Shown here in pieces: positions 60,001 to 64,000 of a DNA stretch of 64,000 nucleotides. Position 1 is the stretch's first letter, and every line of letters starts with the position of its first letter. The notes below the pieces were generated by a model, which did no database searches, had not been told where the DNA came from, and saw only the letters and a program-made list of their open reading frames with translations. This DNA is from Caecitellus pseudoparvulus (Eukaryota; Protista; Bigyra: Bicosoecida): contig CBFFRQ010000096.1 in NCBI GenBank assembly GCA_965644315.1, positions 186,001 through 250,000 on the forward strand. The letters are read 5' to 3'. The translations under genes were made by a program, and so were the position numbers.

Positions 60001-61722
60001 CAGTGACCGTGCGAAGGCTGACAAGGTCGTTCCGCTTTGGTCCGAACATTGCCCGTGCTGCGGCCAGCATTCTGCGTTGCCGTAAGCTGGAGCCGGAGCC
60101 TCTAATCGGTTTGCCGCTGGCACTCAGAGAGGATCGTGTGCGCCTGGAGACGCCGGCACCCATGCACTCTGCTCAAGGCATGCTCCCACCGCGCATGGTT
60201 GGTACTATGCTTGCATCACAGCGCATCGTCTCAGCGATCGACTCACCCTTGCACCCGTGGCTCCTGCATGCTCGTCGAGCAGGGTTCCTCCGCCGTCTCC
60301 TCAACGCCAGCGACGTGCAGCGGGTGCTTGCTGCGACAAAGGAAGGCAAGGAGGCACCTGAACTATCGGGGCCCTCTGCGTCCACGCCATGGACGGTGGC
60401 ATTGCTTGCTCGCGGGAATGTGACGCTCATGTTCCTCGCTTGGCAGCTGACTACCCTGTGTGTCGACAGCAGCAAGCCAAGGCACCTGCCTCCTCACCCC
60501 TCTTTGCTGCAGAAGAAGTATGAAAGGGCCCATCGCGATGGCTTGAAGTCAGTTGCCATTGCCAAGCCTGTGCACACTGGGCGCTGTCCTCGAATCGGAG
60601 TGCTGGGGATGAACGATCGCAACCCCGCCGACCACGCCTTTGGCATGCGACAGCTTGAGGACGTGTGCTGCCTGGCCCTCAAGGTGAAGTCGTTGATCGA
60701 CTCGCCACTGATCCGCGCGTTCAACTCGTAGGTGCCCACATGTTCCCGCCTTTGCCTACTGCTCGCCTTCGCACGTCGCCCCCCCACTCCTGCGCAGGCT
60801 TGTCGCTCTTCAGGCCTTTGCAGAGGCCACTGGTCGTGTTGCGATGAAGAGTCAAGTTGCCCTTGTCTCCGAAATGGGGCCTGCTGTCGTGCTAAGCGTC
60901 ATTTACCGCGTGCGCTGGGCACTTGTTGGGCCTGGGGAGGGGCCCGACATCGTGCTGGGAACTGTGCACAAGGCGAAGGGGCTGGAGTTCGATGAAGTCA
61001 TTCTGGCTGACGACTTTGGCGATTGCGCGGTCACAGTGGCCCACGCACAGTTTCTGGGACTGACTCTTTCCTTCTCGAACTGGAGGGAAGAGCAGAACTT
61101 GCTGTACGTGGCATCCACACGAGCCAAGCACCAGCTGTGGGCCAACAATGTCCTCACGGAACTGCTGCTTGCGTGCCCCAGCACTTCGTCTCCCTGTCTC
61201 GTGGCCACTGACCCCAGCTGCAAAGCCTCTGAGCCAAGTGCGAGCGGGGTTGCTCGCAACGCGATGCGGGATTGCACCAGGCCCGCCATGCTCTCGACGG
61301 GCTTCCATGCAGTGCCACCATCTCATGCGCACGTGCACTTGCTTGCCCCCCCGCTGAAAGGTTCCGAGTCTCCCTCACCGTCCATACATGTCATTCCTGT
61401 TCAAGGCCCGCTTCCGCTGCTCTGTGAGCTGCACAACCTTCGGGCTGGCGCGGGGGCATGTGCATCCTTGGTGAGTGCCATGCTGCGCCAGGATGGCCTC
61501 CACCTCGCGGGGAAGCCCGGACCTGAAGAGTCCTTGGAGGGCATCGACTCCATGGAGTTCATCCCAAGGGACCGCCCAGCCCGCGTGAGTTCGGGAAGTG
61601 CAAGTGAGTTGGAGGGTGAGCGCCCAGCCTCCAGTGCAGACAGCCAGGTCACTGAAGCGGAAGGCAGTGAAGCATCGGTCATCATCATTGACGACAGCGA
61701 AGAGAGTGACTCCAGCGTCTGA
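57054..61722 (+). CDS. FBH1: FBH1-like F-box DNA helicase (UvrD/SF1A) with N-terminal HIRAN domain (2 exons)
   Basis: HIRAN-like REPTNEYDPNA…GY, F-box-like FPKRVLVLLFS…VCRAWRD, and helicase motifs LTEEQ, AFAGSGKT, YLVFN, LDEAQD, VGDPHQSVYSF, LTRSFRFG, TVHKAKGLEFD, EEQNLLYVASTRAK. Intron 60728-60797 joins the two ORFs in frame. Confidence 0.85.
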
Positions 61723-61889
61723 GCCCAGGGCTTTGGCAGGGCTTGGCCTGTTCGTGCTTTGCGGTTCAGCCCACCAATCGCCAAGGTCCACGTGCACCCA
61801 CAATACACACACTCACTCAATCACATCGTCGTCGGGACAGTGCACGGTATGTTCATTTGTGGTTATCGAGCACTGATTTCCTTGTCGCC

Positions 61890-63098
61890 ATGCAGGCAGT
61901 GCGGCGCGCTCTCGGCCGGGAGGTCAAGGCTGGCTTGGCTTCATTTTCCGCAGCAGCAGCCCCTGCTCGCTCAAGCAGCACAGCAGCCGGAATCCCCTTT
62001 GTAGACGTGCACACGCACGTGTACTTGCCACGATACTTGGAGATGCTCCGGTCTCGGGGCACAGTGCCCAAGGTTCAGACGGTGGGCGGGGAGGACCGCC
62101 TCATCATCTTGCCTGGTGAAGATTCTGTTTCCACCACGGCAGCTGGCAGGCCAGTTGGCGGGGAGTACCACGACCCTGCCCGCAAGCTTGCTTTCATGGA
62201 CACTCACGGCATCGATATTTCGGTGCTTAGCTTGGCAAACCCCTGGCTGGACTTTTTGCATGCTGGGGAGGCCGTTCCGCTGGCCAGCCACCTGAACGAC
62301 GACCTGGACGCTGCTTGTGCGGCTTCAGGGGGCCGCTTCTACGGATTCGGAGTGCTGCCCATGCAAGATGTAGACGCTGCGTGTGCGGAGGTGGAGCGCA
62401 TCGCTGCGTCTCAGCACCTGCGTGGGGTCATCCTCAGCACGCACGGGCGTGGCCAGTGGCTGGACGACCCTGCGCTGCTGCCGGTGTACAAGACGCTGGC
62501 CACGCACAACATGCCGGCTTTCATCCACCCCCACTTTGGCGTGGGGAATGCCGAGTTTGGGGAGGAGTACGGCCACACGCTCTTCCTTGCCCTAGGCTTC
62601 ACGTTTGAGACCACCACCGCCATCTGCAGGCTCGTGTGCTCTGGCCTGCTCGATGAAGTGCCAGACTTGAAGCTGCTGCTGGCCCACGCAGGGGGCACGT
62701 TGCCGTTCCTTGCTGGTCGCCTGGACAGCTGTGTGGCGCACGACCTGACCATTGCTGATCGCCTCAAGCATGAGCCCTCTCACTACCTCAGGCAGTTCTA
62801 CTACGACTCTCTCGTTTACCACCCTCCGGCACTGGAGGCCACAACTGCCTTCGTGGGGGCAGAGAACCTCATGTTCGGCACAGATCACCCTTTCTTTCCC
62901 GCTCCTGGCGTGTCCAGGGAGCCCATTGGCCCAGACACGACGGTCACCAAGCTGGACACCGCCAAGTGGATGAGCACGACGAAGAACCAAGATATTCTGA
63001 CGGGGTACATGTCCGAGGCTCGGGGCTCCGCAGTGGCTGCCGGCGTCGCAGGCGGCAACGCAGCACGCATCCTGAACCTCACCATGCCTTCTGCGTAG
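61890..63098 (+). CDS. Uracil-5-carboxylate (isoorotate) decarboxylase, amidohydrolase-2/ACMSD family
   Basis: VDVHTHVY, GRP, FMD..GI..SVLSLANPW, FIHPH, YGHTL.LALGF..ETT, LLLAHAGGTLPFLAGR and MFGTDHPFFP match fungal IDCase motifs as recalled. Confidence 0.85.
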   Translation: MQAVRRALGREVKAGLASFSAAAAPARSSSTAAGIPFVDVHTHVYLPRYLEMLRSRGTVPKVQTVGGEDRLIILPGEDSVSTTAAGRPVGGEYHDPARKLAFMDTHGIDISVLSLANPWLDFLHAGEAVPLASHLNDDLDAACAASGGRFYGFGVLPMQDVDAACAEVERIAASQHLRGVILSTHGRGQWLDDPALLPVYKTLATHNMPAFIHPHFGVGNAEFGEEYGHTLFLALGFTFETTTAICRLVCSGLLDEVPDLKLLLAHAGGTLPFLAGRLDSCVAHDLTIADRLKHEPSHYLRQFYYDSLVYHPPALEATTAFVGAENLMFGTDHPFFPAPGVSREPIGPDTTVTKLDTAKWMSTTKNQDILTGYMSEARGSAVAAGVAGGNAARILNLTMPSA

Positions 63099-63247
63099 GC
63101 ACGGGGCGAAGTAATGTGCCATAGCATCACGTGGCGGTGTGCTGGCCTCGCAGAGCAGGAAGCACCACAGCAGTCAGGGCGGGTGGCAGAAAAGTGCATT
63201 TCAGTGGAACAGCAATGCAGTAAACAAACGACAAGACGCGGTCCCCC

Positions 63248-64000
63248 TTACCCGATGACAGTCACCTCCTCATCCTCATCGTCCTCGCTGCCGCCCTCCA
63301 GCGCCTCCTTGAGAGCTGAGAGCAGGCCCTCCACGTCGTCATCGTCACTTTCGTCGGCAATGCGGTCGCCGTACGCCGCCATAAAGCGGGTGAACCCTTC
63401 ATCGACGTCGTCAGCATTCTCGCGCTCCCGCTCGATTTCAATAGCCACGTCGATGGTGATGCCGACAAACACCTGGCTGAACAGCACCGCCACCAAGGCA
63501 ACGTATGCCATGAAGTAAAATGCCGGGTTAATGCTGTTGGAAGCATCTACCAACGCGTACATGATGTCATTCCAGCTCTCAGCCAGCATGAGAACGTAGA
63601 GCGTGCTCATGGCAGACTCGAACGTGTCGAAGTTGGCGTTGCGCATGATCCCCACGACAGAGGGAGGCAAGTCTGACATGAGCCCGGCAAAGGCCCAAAT
63701 GCCAAGCACAGCGAAGGCATACATGACAAGCAACAGCAGGGCAAGGATGGAGAGGAACTTGTGAGCTTGTGCGATCAGCCCAAAGACCAATGCACGTGTC
63801 GCATGTACGACAGAGAACAAGCGCAGGACTGGCAGGACCATGGACAGGCGGGCCAAGTCGTTCACTTGCAGTGTCTGCAAGGAGTCCGCGTCCACAGAGT
63901 CGAGGCGAGCTTGGAATCCACCTGTGCTGGAGGTGGTCACGAAGAGACTTGCCAGAGCCACGATGATGGTCAGTACGATGATGAAGAAGTCGTAACGGTT
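63248..64000 (-). CDS. Voltage-gated cation channel superfamily protein (TPC/Cav-like), C-terminal part; runs off window
   Basis: S4-like LARLSMVLPVLRLF, S5 YAFAVLGIWAFAG, pore NFDTFESAMSTLYVLMLAESWNDIM, S6 FYFMAY…VFVGITID and an acidic tail. Confidence 0.8.
   Translation of the reverse strand, partial: NRYDFFIIVLTIIVALASLFVTTSSTGGFQARLDSVDADSLQTLQVNDLARLSMVLPVLRLFSVVHATRALVFGLIAQAHKFLSILALLLLVMYAFAVLGIWAFAGLMSDLPPSVVGIMRNANFDTFESAMSTLYVLMLAESWNDIMYALVDASNSINPAFYFMAYVALVAVLFSQVFVGITIDVAIEIERERENADDVDEGFTRFMAAYGDRIADESDDDDVEGLLSALKEALEGGSEDDEDEEVTVIG

Noticed and set aside
60728-60843. Apparent stop/frameshift splitting the helicase into two ORFs (pseudogene or split gene)
   Set aside because: A 70-nt GT-AG intron (60728-60797) removes the TAG and restores the frame, giving FNSLVALQAFAE…, as expected for FBH1.
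57054-63098. Helicase plus decarboxylase as a functional DNA-demethylation/repair cluster
   Set aside because: Only adjacency supports it. No dioxygenase or glycosylase partner lies in the window, and the decarboxylase appears organelle-targeted.
1-64000. Prokaryotic operons, CRISPR arrays, defence systems, rRNA/tRNA, transposases
   Set aside because: Spliceosomal introns and eukaryote-specific genes occur throughout. No repeat-spacer arrays, structural RNA signatures or transposase/RT motifs were seen.

Overview
This is gene-dense, GC-rich eukaryotic nuclear DNA, not prokaryotic. It holds about 26 protein-coding genes on both strands, with short GT-AG introns (mostly ~60-140 nt) clustered at gene 5' ends and convergent gene pairs whose stop codons are as little as 1 nt apart. 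The gene content (lysosomal S28 peptidase and HGSNAT, ABCA, axoneme-type LRR and coiled-coil proteins, plant/oomycete-type 6PGD, MtnB-MtnC fusion) suggests a flagellated, probably phagotrophic protist, possibly a stramenopile; that assignment is inference. Recognisable genes are TOP1, a Rab, NAPE-PLD/FMP30-like, S28 peptidase, HGSNAT-like, a DENN-WD40 protein, MtnB-MtnC, C2CD5, ABCA, 6PGD, RPT5, an FBH1-like helicase, an isoorotate decarboxylase and a truncated ion channel. The most notable observations are: (1) an FBH1-type F-box/UvrD helicase carrying an N-terminal HIRAN domain and a C-terminal SUMO-interacting motif; (2) a PHTF-like member of the 7TM ion channel (insect OR/GR-related) superfamily; (3) a fungal-type uracil-5-carboxylate decarboxylase with a mitochondrial-type presequence; (4) an HGSNAT homologue whose catalytic His appears replaced by Glu. 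No rRNA, tRNA, CRISPR array or transposase was recognised. Family calls come from recalled motifs read by eye; no database search was run.
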